A DNA stretch of 24,000 bases from Hydrogenophilus thermoluteolus (GTDB taxonomy: Bacteria > Pseudomonadota > Gammaproteobacteria > Burkholderiales > Rhodocyclaceae): positions 959,478 to 983,477 of the forward strand of contig NZ_AP018558.1 in the NCBI RefSeq assembly GCF_003574215.1, given 5' to 3'. A program made the translations under genes and the position numbers. Shown piece after piece: positions 1-7,999 of this stretch (the stretch's first letter is position 1; every line of letters begins with the position of its first letter). The notes beneath the pieces are model-generated. The model did no database searches. It was not told the origin of the DNA and saw only the letters and a program-made list of their open reading frames with translations.

Positions 1-236
1 ACCCGTTTGTCTTTGATCAGCGCTTGGTGGAGCTTCGCGTCTCCTTGGATGACGTTCACGAAATCATAGACGACGCGGCGTTCGCAACCCATGATGAGGT
101 CGAGATTACGCAACCCGACGTCGAAATCGATCACGGCCGTTTTGTACCCGCGCAACGCCAAGCCGGTAGCGAACGCGGCGCTGGTGGTGGTTTTTCCTAC
201 GCCCCCTTTCCCCGAGGTCACGACGACGATGCGCAT
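1..236 (-). CDS. minD: Septum site-determining ATPase MinD (N-terminal 78 codons; gene continues past the left edge)
   Basis: The reverse complement from CAT at 234-236 reads [78 protein letters not shown]. It has the deviant Walker A GKGGVGKT and is near-identical in pattern to the E. coli MinD N-terminus. It lies 24 nt downstream of minC. It is missing from the ORF track because no stop codon falls inside the window. Confidence 0.9.
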   Translation of the reverse strand, partial: MRIVVVTSGKGGVGKTTTSAAFATGLALRGYKTAVIDFDVGLRNLDLIMGCERRVVYDFVNVIQGDAKLHQALIKDKR

Positions 237-260
237 GATGTTCGATCCGTAAATTCAATT

Positions 261-1043
261 TCAGGGTTCGATGATTTCGAATTGTAACCGCATTTCCGTT
301 TTTTCTGATTGGGGTTCCAAGCGGACCTGTACGGGCTTACCCGAAAAGGCAGAAGGGACACCCTGTTCGAAGGTTTTGAAGATCCCCGCGATCGCGACGA
401 GCTCGGGTTGGAAGCGCTGCGCGAAGATACGTGCCGATTCCAAGCCATACGCGCCTGCGATCGCTCGCCCGGCAAGGGGCCCCCAGCAAATGATGTGCCC
501 TCCTGCGATCACTTCGCCACCGGGATTGACTCCGTTCATGAGGATCACGTCGCCGTCGGGATGATGGATCTGCTGCCCGGAGCGAACGGGACGGTCGATG
601 ATACGCGTGGCGCTCGTGGGCGATTCGCTGGGTTCTGCTTTCGCTCCCTCAGGCGTTGCCGCAAGCGGGCCATTCCATTCGGGTGTGACCGCTCTAGTGG
701 CTTGTGGCATTGGGGAGGCGGTACGCTCCGCAGGAATGGCATCGAGCAGCGCCAGGTTGGTGCGCGCAAGCGCCGTATGAAACGATTCCGGAACACTGCG
801 CACCCCAACCGGTTGCAGACCGATGCGGCGCATCAACGCAGCGATTCCCGCCCAATCGACCTGAGTGGGCCACTCGGGCACTTCGCTAAAATCGAGCACC
901 GCCACTTCGCCAGCAAAGTAGCGGTTGGCGCCAGCGAACACCTTGTGGAGTTCGTCTGCCAAACGGGCGGGGCTGGTTGCGGCGAGTGTCACGACGAAAC
1001 CGGCAAGGTTCGTCGGAGTGAAGCGGACGATCGGTTCCGGCAT
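261..1043 (-). CDS. minC: Septum site-determining protein MinC
   Basis: 260-aa ORF. The C-terminal block IIDRPVRSGQQIHHPDGDVILMNGVNPGGEVIAGGHIICWGPLAGRAIAG is the typical MinC C-terminal beta-helix domain. A Pro/Ser/Thr/Ala-rich linker sits in the middle. It is immediately upstream of minD. Confidence 0.85.
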   Translation of the reverse strand: MPEPIVRFTPTNLAGFVVTLAATSPARLADELHKVFAGANRYFAGEVAVLDFSEVPEWPTQVDWAGIAALMRRIGLQPVGVRSVPESFHTALARTNLALLDAIPAERTASPMPQATRAVTPEWNGPLAATPEGAKAEPSESPTSATRIIDRPVRSGQQIHHPDGDVILMNGVNPGGEVIAGGHIICWGPLAGRAIAGAYGLESARIFAQRFQPELVAIAGIFKTFEQGVPSAFSGKPVQVRLEPQSEKTEMRLQFEIIEP

Positions 1044-1052
1044 CGCAATACC

Positions 1053-1943
1053 TCAATGAATGCGAGGGGAAGAGGGAAGGTCGTTCGCGAACGCGGCAAG
1101 CGCTTCGTTGCGCTCGAGCCGGTAGGTGTGTCCTGAGAGTTCGTCGTGGATCTCCACGACACCCTGTTCAGCCAACATCGCCTCCACTTCGTCACGTCCG
1201 ATCAAACGCAAGAGCCGTTGGATCCGTTCGGGTTCGACCCGGTCGTACGGCAGGATCGGCACCGAGGGGAATGCGCGAATGGTCTCTTCGGCAAAGAGCC
1301 GCGTCAAAAGGGTGCTGGCGTCGAGTTGCACGAGTTCCGTTTCGCGCAAGGTTTCGGCTAAAAGAACGGTACGCCGCCAACCATCGGGGTCTTTTTCGTC
1401 TGCGGTGGGCAATTTCTGGATCATCAGGCCGGCTGCGGTCTGGTCGTCGGCGCTCAGCCAAAGTCGCGTGGGCTGTTGATCCGATTGCGCAAGGAACGCT
1501 TCCAGGGCGTCGTTGAGGGTCGTCCCTTCCCACGGGACGATACTGATATACGGGGTATGCGTCGCGGGCAGTTCCATGATCAGAGCGAGTTGCGCCGCTT
1601 CGCCCAACAGTTCGCGGAGTTCCGCGTCGTCGGCGATCGGGATCGCTTCGTCGCGCCGTTGCGCGACGGCACGCAGCTCGCGTTCGAGCGAAAGATCGAC
1701 GACCACGAGCGGAACGAGCCCTTTTCCCTGCGCCTGCAATGTGATCCGCGTGGGGGTTTTGAGGCGTGCCGATAGGAGCGCCGCAAAAGCGGTGAGTTGC
1801 CCAAGGGCGCGCCGAATCGCCGGAGGGTAACGACGGTGCGCCAAAACGCGCTGCCACACCTGGGTCAGTCGCACATGGGCGCCACGGATGTCCGTATTTT
1901 CGAGTAGGAAAGGGGTCACGCAATCGGTCGATTCTGGGGTCAT
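1053..1943 (-). CDS. hslO: Hsp33-family chaperone, a variant lacking the four zinc-binding cysteines
   Basis: 296-aa ORF that is colinear with E. coli Hsp33 as I remember it: FLLENTDIRGAHV vs YLFENFAVRGELV, SDQQPTRLWL vs SEQLPTRLFI, AAGLMIQKLP vs AAGGMLLQVMP. The C-terminal domain aligns, but CxC and CxxC are replaced (see findings). Its start ATG overlaps the tex stop (ATGA at 1940-1943). Confidence 0.8.
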   Translation of the reverse strand: MTPESTDCVTPFLLENTDIRGAHVRLTQVWQRVLAHRRYPPAIRRALGQLTAFAALLSARLKTPTRITLQAQGKGLVPLVVVDLSLERELRAVAQRRDEAIPIADDAELRELLGEAAQLALIMELPATHTPYISIVPWEGTTLNDALEAFLAQSDQQPTRLWLSADDQTAAGLMIQKLPTADEKDPDGWRRTVLLAETLRETELVQLDASTLLTRLFAEETIRAFPSVPILPYDRVEPERIQRLLRLIGRDEVEAMLAEQGVVEIHDELSGHTYRLERNEALAAFANDLPSSPRIH

Positions 1944-4297
1944 CGCGCGGATTTCTCCTGTTGCGCGCGGGCAAGGGCCAGCGCGAGCGCCGTTACCGGT
2001 TCTTGGGGTCGAGTGGGGTTGTGTTTGGCAGGTGTGGCGGTACGGGAACGGTTGTGCGCGCCGTTGTGCGCTGTTACGGTCGTGCCGGAGGGGACACTGT
2101 TGGGTTTCCCGCTACGTTCGTGTTGGGCACGCATCGAGAGCGCAATGCGCTGCCGTGCTTTGTCCACAGAGAGCACCCGTACGCGAACGATTTGCCCCGG
2201 TTTGACGACGGTCAACGGATCTTTGACGAAGCGGTCGGCAAGTTCGGAGACATGTACCAACCCGTCTTGATGCACGCCGATATCGACGAATGCGCCGAAA
2301 TGGGTGACGTTGGTGACCACCCCTTCGAGCCACTGCCCTTCTTGGAGGTCGTCGAGCGATTCGACCCCTTCGGCGTAGCGGACGGTGCGAAACTCGCCGC
2401 GTGGATCGCGCCCCGGTTTTGCCAGCTCTTCGAGCACGTCCTGCACGGTAAAGAGGCCGAATTGCGCGTCGGTGAATTCGTTGGGGTCGATCGCGTCACG
2501 CCAGTCGCTTCGCCCCATCACCTCTTTCACCGTTTTCTGGATGCGCGCGAGTATCCGTTCCACCAGCGGATAGGCTTCGGGGTGGACGGCAGAGGCATCG
2601 AGCGGTTCGTCTCCGTCGCGAATGCGTAAGAAACCAGCACACTGTTCGAAGGTTTTTGGGCCCAGCCGGGGCACTTCGAGGAGTTGCGCGCGGCTGCGAA
2701 AGGGGCCGTGCTGGGTGCGCCACGCGACGATCTCCCGCGCTAGCGTGCGATTGAGCCCGGAGACGTAGGCGAGGAGCGCGGGCGAGGCGGTGTTGAGATC
2801 TACCCCTACGGCATTGACGCAGTCCTGAACGACCGCGTCGAGCATCCGCGCGAGTTCCACTTGATCGACGTCGTGTTGGTATTGCCCGACACCGATCGAT
2901 TTCGGGTCGATCTTCACCAACTCTGCCAGGGGATCCTGCACGCGGCGGGCGATCGAGACCGCGCCTCTGAGGCTGACATCGAGTTCCGGGAGCTCTTCAC
3001 TGGCGAGTTCGCTGGCCGAATAGATCGAAGCGCCCGCTTCCGAAACGATCAACTTCATGGGGCGTGCGTCGTGGGGCAAACGCGCAAGGAGTGTGTCGAT
3101 CAGCTTTTCGGTTTCCCGGCTCGCGGTGCCGTTGCCGACTGCGATGAGTTGCACTCGGTGTGTCGTTACCAATTCGGCGAGGCGCGCAAGTGTTGGCTCG
3201 ACGTGGCGTTTCGGTTCGAACGGGTAGCAGGTTTCCGTGGCGACGACGGCGCCGGTGGCGTCGATCACCGCGATTTTGATCCCGGTGCGAATGCCTGGGT
3301 CGATTCCCATCACGACCTGGTTGCCGGCAGGCGGCGCAAGGAGCAGCTCCTTGAGGTTCGCCGCAAAGATGCGGATCGCTTCCCGTTCCGCGTTTTCACG
3401 CATCTGGTTGAGCGCGTCGCGTTCGAGTTGCGGGTGGAGTTTGGTGCGCCAGATGCGCGCAAGGGTCTGGGTCCGCCACGCTGCTGCCGGGTCGTCGAGT
3501 CGATCCCACCCGATCCGACGGGCGATCCACGCCAGGAAGGGATGGGGCTGGTCTTCCGCGGTAGGGATATCGACGGCAAGGTGCAGCACCCCCTCGTTGC
3601 GCCCGCGTAGGAGCGCCAATGCGCGGTGTGAGGGAATAGAGCGGATCGGCTCTTCGAACGCGAACCAGTCGCGAAATTTTGCGGCGTTCGGGGCGTTGGA
3701 ATCGAGCACCTGCGACCGGATCACCGCCTCGCTCCAGAACCGTTCGCGCAACGGTTGCAACAAAGCGGCGTCTTCGCTGAGGCGTTCGCTCAAGATCGCG
3801 CGGGCCCCTTCGAGCGCCGCAGCGGCGTCGGCAAACCCTTTTTCCGGAGCGACGAACGGTGCGGCAAGCACCTCCGGCGGCGCTTCGACACGGCTCATGA
3901 GCTGTTCGGCAAGCGGTTCTAAACCCGCTTCGCGGGCAATACTCGCTTTGGTCCGACGTTTGGGTCGGTACGGCAGGTAGAGGTCTTCGAGCGCCTGTCG
4001 TGTCTCAGCCGACCGTACGGCCTGTTCGAGTTCGGCCGTGAGATGTCCCGCCTCACGGAGGGTGTTGAGGATCGTTTCCCGTCGTGCTTCGAGCGCGCGC
4101 AGTGCAAGCAGCAGGGTTTCGATTTCGCGCAGTTGAGCGTCGCTCAGCCCCCCAGTCGCTTCTTTGCGGTAGCGCGCGATGAAGGGAACCGTTGCCCCTT
4201 CGTCCATCAGCCGCACCGCGGAGATCACTTGGTGCGGCGAAACGCCAATCCGCTCGGCGATACGGGCTTCGATCGAAGGCAAGTGTGTCGTCGTCAT
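1940..4297 (-). CDS. tex: Transcription accessory protein Tex (YhgF family; S1 RNA-binding domain)
   Basis: 785-aa ORF. The N-terminus VSPHQVISAVRLMDEGATVPFIARYRKEATGGLSDAQLREIE is the Tex signature. It has a YqgF/RuvC-like core (VMGIDPGIRTGIKIAV), a helix-hairpin-helix region (LNTASPALLAYVSGLN) and a C-terminal S1 domain (GVVTNVTHFGAFVDIGVHQDGLVHVSEL). Confidence 0.9.
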   Translation of the reverse strand: MTTTHLPSIEARIAERIGVSPHQVISAVRLMDEGATVPFIARYRKEATGGLSDAQLREIETLLLALRALEARRETILNTLREAGHLTAELEQAVRSAETRQALEDLYLPYRPKRRTKASIAREAGLEPLAEQLMSRVEAPPEVLAAPFVAPEKGFADAAAALEGARAILSERLSEDAALLQPLRERFWSEAVIRSQVLDSNAPNAAKFRDWFAFEEPIRSIPSHRALALLRGRNEGVLHLAVDIPTAEDQPHPFLAWIARRIGWDRLDDPAAAWRTQTLARIWRTKLHPQLERDALNQMRENAEREAIRIFAANLKELLLAPPAGNQVVMGIDPGIRTGIKIAVIDATGAVVATETCYPFEPKRHVEPTLARLAELVTTHRVQLIAVGNGTASRETEKLIDTLLARLPHDARPMKLIVSEAGASIYSASELASEELPELDVSLRGAVSIARRVQDPLAELVKIDPKSIGVGQYQHDVDQVELARMLDAVVQDCVNAVGVDLNTASPALLAYVSGLNRTLAREIVAWRTQHGPFRSRAQLLEVPRLGPKTFEQCAGFLRIRDGDEPLDASAVHPEAYPLVERILARIQKTVKEVMGRSDWRDAIDPNEFTDAQFGLFTVQDVLEELAKPGRDPRGEFRTVRYAEGVESLDDLQEGQWLEGVVTNVTHFGAFVDIGVHQDGLVHVSELADRFVKDPLTVVKPGQIVRVRVLSVDKARQRIALSMRAQHERSGKPNSVPSGTTVTAHNGAHNRSRTATPAKHNPTRPQEPVTALALALARAQQEKSAR

Positions 4298-4327
4298 GGT
4301 ATTCGGTTCGATCCAGGCAAGGGGCGA

Positions 4328-5188
4328 TTATAGCGAGGGAAGGGCGACGAGCGACTGTCGTCCCGCCCATTCGGCTCGGGGGTCAAGGGTGATCGGTGCG
4401 GTGAGTTGCGCCGCTTCGACGCAAAGGAAACGCCGAAACCCATCTGCGGGCAGATCGGCCAGGTTGTGGTGTTCCCCGGGGTTCCAGACGACGAGATTGG
4501 CAAAGCCCGCTTGGTCGATGCCCGTGGCCACTTTGCCACTTTTCCAGAGCAGCGCGCGCGTAGGCGCTGGATAGACGCGGTTCACCGCGCGATCGACGAC
4601 CAGTTCGGGCGCGGTCTCTTTGACCGCTTGCCATTGGGCATTGGCGTCCTGGTAGGTGAGCCCGTACAAACCGGAGAGTTGGGAAAGTTCGAGTTCCGGA
4701 GTGGCCAGATAGGTATGCAATCCACCGGTGAAAGAGAGGGGGGTGCTTCCGTCGTTTCCTACCGCCAACTCGACATCCAAGCGGTCGGGGGAGAGCATTA
4801 CGGTAACTTCCGCCCACCAGCCTGAGGGGATTTCGTCACGATAGGACGCAGGGAGCGCGTCCGGCGTGAGCCGCCACGTTGCGAAGACGAACGCTGGGTC
4901 TTGTTTCTGTTCTGTCATCTGCCACAGGACGCGCCGCGCAAACCCGTGGCGTGTGCGGGGGCCCTGGTCGGCCCACTGCGGAAAGATCACTGGGATGCCG
5001 CCGCGAATGGGGGTAACGCCATCCCCTGGGTTTTTGGGGCTCAGGTAGAGCCGTTCGATGCCGTCGGTGGGGATCCAGGAAAGCACGTGCGCGCCCCAGT
5101 GGCTCACCGTGACCTGAGCACCGCCAATCTGAAGCCGCACGACGTCGAGCCCGCACCAGCGGTCGGTGGTGATTGCGGTCGGAGTCAT
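4328..5188 (-). CDS. Aldose 1-epimerase family protein, D-hexose-6-phosphate mutarotase-like (YeaD-like)
   Basis: I trimmed the track ORF 4328..5437 to the ATG at 5186-5188 (MTPTAITTDRW...). A GAGG Shine-Dalgarno sits about 9 nt upstream, and the longer version would overlap the pat gene. The motifs IRGGIPVIFPQW, HGFAR and FLCVEAA are typical of the YeaD/aldose-epimerase family. Confidence 0.7.
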   Translation of the reverse strand: MTPTAITTDRWCGLDVVRLQIGGAQVTVSHWGAHVLSWIPTDGIERLYLSPKNPGDGVTPIRGGIPVIFPQWADQGPRTRHGFARRVLWQMTEQKQDPAFVFATWRLTPDALPASYRDEIPSGWWAEVTVMLSPDRLDVELAVGNDGSTPLSFTGGLHTYLATPELELSQLSGLYGLTYQDANAQWQAVKETAPELVVDRAVNRVYPAPTRALLWKSGKVATGIDQAGFANLVVWNPGEHHNLADLPADGFRRFLCVEAAQLTAPITLDPRAEWAGRQSLVALPSL

Positions 5189-5199
5189 CTTCGATTGCC

Positions 5200-7893
5200 T
5201 CAATGCAGCGGTTGCAAGGGAAGGACACCGTGCTTGATCGTTCGATCTTCGGGGTCGTCGGAGAGGGTGAAACCGAGACTCGCGACGAACCGCAGCATCC
5301 GTTCGTTGTTTGCGAGAAAGACACCGCGCATCTCTTTGAGGCCTCGGTTGCGTGCCGTTTCGATCAGCACCTGCATCAGTTTGCGCGCAAGCCCCCGGTG
5401 CTGCCACGCATCGGCAACGACGATCGCGAATTCGCACGTTTCGCCGTCGGGGTTTACCGCGTACCGCGCCACCCCCAGTTCGATCTCTTTGCCGTTTTGT
5501 GTCGTGACCGCGATGAACGCCATTTCGCGGTCGTAGTCGATTTGGGTGAGGCGCGCGAGCATCGCGGGCGGCAGCTCGTTGAGCGTGGTCATGAAACGGA
5601 AGTACTTCGTCTGTGGCGAGAGGTTGCGGACGAACTCCGCTTCCAGTTCGGCGTCTTCCGGCCGGATGGGGCGGATCAGCACGTCGGTGCCGTCAGGCAG
5701 CGTCCAATGTTGGACGAGGTGAGACGGGTAGGGGTGGATCGCCATGTGCGCGTAGCGATCCTGTGACGGGTTCGTAGGGGTGAGCGAAATTTTGGCGTCG
5801 AGCGCGATCGCGTCGTGTTCGTCGACGATCAGCGGGTTGATGCTCAGATATTCGATCCACGGCAATTCGCAGACCATTTCTGAAACCCGCAGCAGGACGT
5901 ATTCCAGCCGTTCGAGCGCTACCGCGGGCATGTTGCGCCACTCCTGCAGCATCGGATAGATGCGGCTCGACCGAACCAGGTCGTGCGCCAGGTATTTGTT
6001 GAACGGCGGCAGCGCAACCGACATGTCCGCTTCGGGAACGGCCCGTTTGCCCCCTTCGCCGAAGTAGATCACCGGCCCGAAGACGGGGTCGCGTTTGACG
6101 CGGATCATCACCTCGCGGCCGTAACGACGAATCACCATCGGTTCGATCACTACCCCTTCGATTTCCGCTTCAGGCGCATTTTTTTGCACTTCGGCGACGA
6201 TCTCCTGAAACGCGGTGCGTACCGCCGCCATGGTGGTGAGGTTGAGTCGCACTCCGCCGCTGTCGGCTTTGTCGATGACGTTTTTCGCCTGAATTTTCAT
6301 CGCCACCGGCAGTCCAATCTCTTCGGCGAGCACGATCGCTTCGGTGACGGTGCGCGCCAGCATCGCTTGGGCAATCGGGATGCGAAACGCAGAAAGGACC
6401 GCTTTGGCCTCCATCTCGTTGAGGCGTAGCCGCCGTTCGGTGAGCGCGGCTTCGATGATCAGTTCGGCGCTCTCGATGCGCGGCGCTTCGAAATGGGTGA
6501 GCGGCGGGGGGGTCTGCGCCAGCAGTTTTTGGTTTCGGTAGTACGACGAGACGTGCGAGAAGAGCTCGACCGCAGGTTCCGGCGCACGGAAGGTGGGGAT
6601 CCCCGCCGCTTGGAATTTTTGCCGCGCTTCCTGGACGTGCGCCTCTCCCATCCAGCAGGTGACGACCGGTTTGTCGGCTTTCGCTTCGAGTGCGATGATC
6701 CGGTCTGCGACCGCGGTGGGGTCGGTCATCGCCTGGGGCGTGAGAATCACCAGGATCCCGTCGACCTCTTTCGCAGCCAGAAGGGTTTGAAACGCAGCGC
6801 CGTAGCGTTCGGCGTCGGCGTCGCCCAAAATATCGACCGGGTTGGCGTGGGACCAGTTCTGGGGCAGCAGTTTGTCGAGTGCTTCGCGGGTGGTATCCCC
6901 GAGTTCCGCAAGCGGAATGCCCAGGTCCGCGGCGCGGTCGGCAGCCATCGCGCCGATTCCGCCGCCGTTCGTGAGGATCGCCAAGCGGTTGCCGCGCGGA
7001 CGAAGTCGGGCAAAAAGCGCGGAGAGCGCGGCGTAGAGCTGCGAGATGTTATAAAGACGAATCACGCCACTACGCCGCAAGGCCGCGTCGAACACTTTGT
7101 CGTCACCCGGTTGATGGGCAGCGTGGAGATGAATCGTGCGCATCACCTCGGGGTGACGCCCTGCTTTGAGCACCAAAACCGGTTTGACGCGCGCCGCGGC
7201 GCGTAGCGCACTCATGAAGCGGCGGGCATTCTTGATCCCTTCGATGTAGAGCACGATCGCTTCGGTGCGGTAGTCTTGCGCCAGGAAGTCGAGCACTTCG
7301 GCAAAATCGATATCGACGCTTGCGCCAAGCGAGACCACTGCCGAAAACCCGACCCCCGCCGGTTTTGCCCAGTCGAGTACCGCGGAACAGAGCGCACCGG
7401 AGTGGGAGATGAACCCGATCGACCCTTTGAGCGGAGCAGTCAGGGCAAATGAAGCGTTGAGCCCGATCTGCGGGCGCATCACGCCCAGGCAGTTTGGGCC
7501 CAAAAGGCGCATCCGGTAGCGGCGTGCGGTTTCGATCAGTTGCCGCTCCAACCGTTCACCGCGAGCACCCGTTTCGGCAAAACCGGCAGAGAGTACCGCA
7601 ACCATCTTGACGCCAGCCCTGCCGCACCCTTCGACCACACCGATCACCTTTTCCGCCGCGACGCAGATCACCGCAAGATCGATGCGGTGGGGAACCTCTT
7701 CGATCGACGGATAAGAGGGGAGATCGAAGATTTTTTTATGTTTGGGGTTGACCGCAAAGAGGCGGCCGGTGTACCCACTGTCGATCAGGTTGCGGATCAC
7801 GGTTCGACCCAATGACCCGGCACGTTCGGAAGCACCGATCACGGCGACCGAGCGCGGTTCGATCAACGGTTGCAAGTAGTGGTTCTCCTGCAC
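5200..7893 (-). CDS. pat: Pat/YfiQ-type protein lysine acetyltransferase (ADP-forming acetyl-CoA synthetase-like domains fused to a C-terminal GNAT)
   Basis: 897-aa ORF with a GTG start at 7891-7893. AGGAG (complement of 7903-7907) lies 9 nt upstream. It has an N-terminal CoA-binding block (PRSVAVIGASERAGSLGRTVIRNL), an ATP-grasp middle region, and a C-terminal GNAT (IRPIRPEDAELEAEFVRNLS...QHRGLARKLMQ). Size and architecture match E. coli YfiQ/PatZ. Confidence 0.8.
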   Translation of the reverse strand: MQENHYLQPLIEPRSVAVIGASERAGSLGRTVIRNLIDSGYTGRLFAVNPKHKKIFDLPSYPSIEEVPHRIDLAVICVAAEKVIGVVEGCGRAGVKMVAVLSAGFAETGARGERLERQLIETARRYRMRLLGPNCLGVMRPQIGLNASFALTAPLKGSIGFISHSGALCSAVLDWAKPAGVGFSAVVSLGASVDIDFAEVLDFLAQDYRTEAIVLYIEGIKNARRFMSALRAAARVKPVLVLKAGRHPEVMRTIHLHAAHQPGDDKVFDAALRRSGVIRLYNISQLYAALSALFARLRPRGNRLAILTNGGGIGAMAADRAADLGIPLAELGDTTREALDKLLPQNWSHANPVDILGDADAERYGAAFQTLLAAKEVDGILVILTPQAMTDPTAVADRIIALEAKADKPVVTCWMGEAHVQEARQKFQAAGIPTFRAPEPAVELFSHVSSYYRNQKLLAQTPPPLTHFEAPRIESAELIIEAALTERRLRLNEMEAKAVLSAFRIPIAQAMLARTVTEAIVLAEEIGLPVAMKIQAKNVIDKADSGGVRLNLTTMAAVRTAFQEIVAEVQKNAPEAEIEGVVIEPMVIRRYGREVMIRVKRDPVFGPVIYFGEGGKRAVPEADMSVALPPFNKYLAHDLVRSSRIYPMLQEWRNMPAVALERLEYVLLRVSEMVCELPWIEYLSINPLIVDEHDAIALDAKISLTPTNPSQDRYAHMAIHPYPSHLVQHWTLPDGTDVLIRPIRPEDAELEAEFVRNLSPQTKYFRFMTTLNELPPAMLARLTQIDYDREMAFIAVTTQNGKEIELGVARYAVNPDGETCEFAIVVADAWQHRGLARKLMQVLIETARNRGLKEMRGVFLANNERMLRFVASLGFTLSDDPEDRTIKHGVLPLQPLH

Positions 7894-7924
7894 GGCGAAA
7901 CTCTCCTAGGGCATTGCGGCGAAG

Positions 7925-7959
7925 TGTACCGCATCGCACCGACTCTGTGCGCGTACAAT
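7925..7959. repeat. Imperfect inverted repeat TGTACCGCA-N14-TGCGcGTACA overlapping a TACAAT -10-like hexamer in the pat/gabD divergent intergenic region
   Basis: 7925-7933 is TGTACCGCA. 7948-7957 is TGCGCGTACA, its reverse complement with one extra C. TACAAT is at 7954-7959. Confidence 0.25.
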
Positions 7960-7999
7960 CCCACTTATTCGCAAACGATTCGTTCGAACGACCAGGGAG

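Noticed and set aside
4328-5437. N-terminal extensions in the ORF track: 4328..5437, 11171..12301, 13350..14369, 16369..17481, 19717..20772, 20268..21143 and 21110..21931.
   Set aside because: The extensions overlap the neighbouring genes, are Arg-rich nonsense, and precede internal Met codons. Those Met codons match the conserved N-termini of the families (YeaD-like, SelD, TesA, Dcd, FolA, ThyA), and some have an SD. I trimmed the coordinates accordingly.
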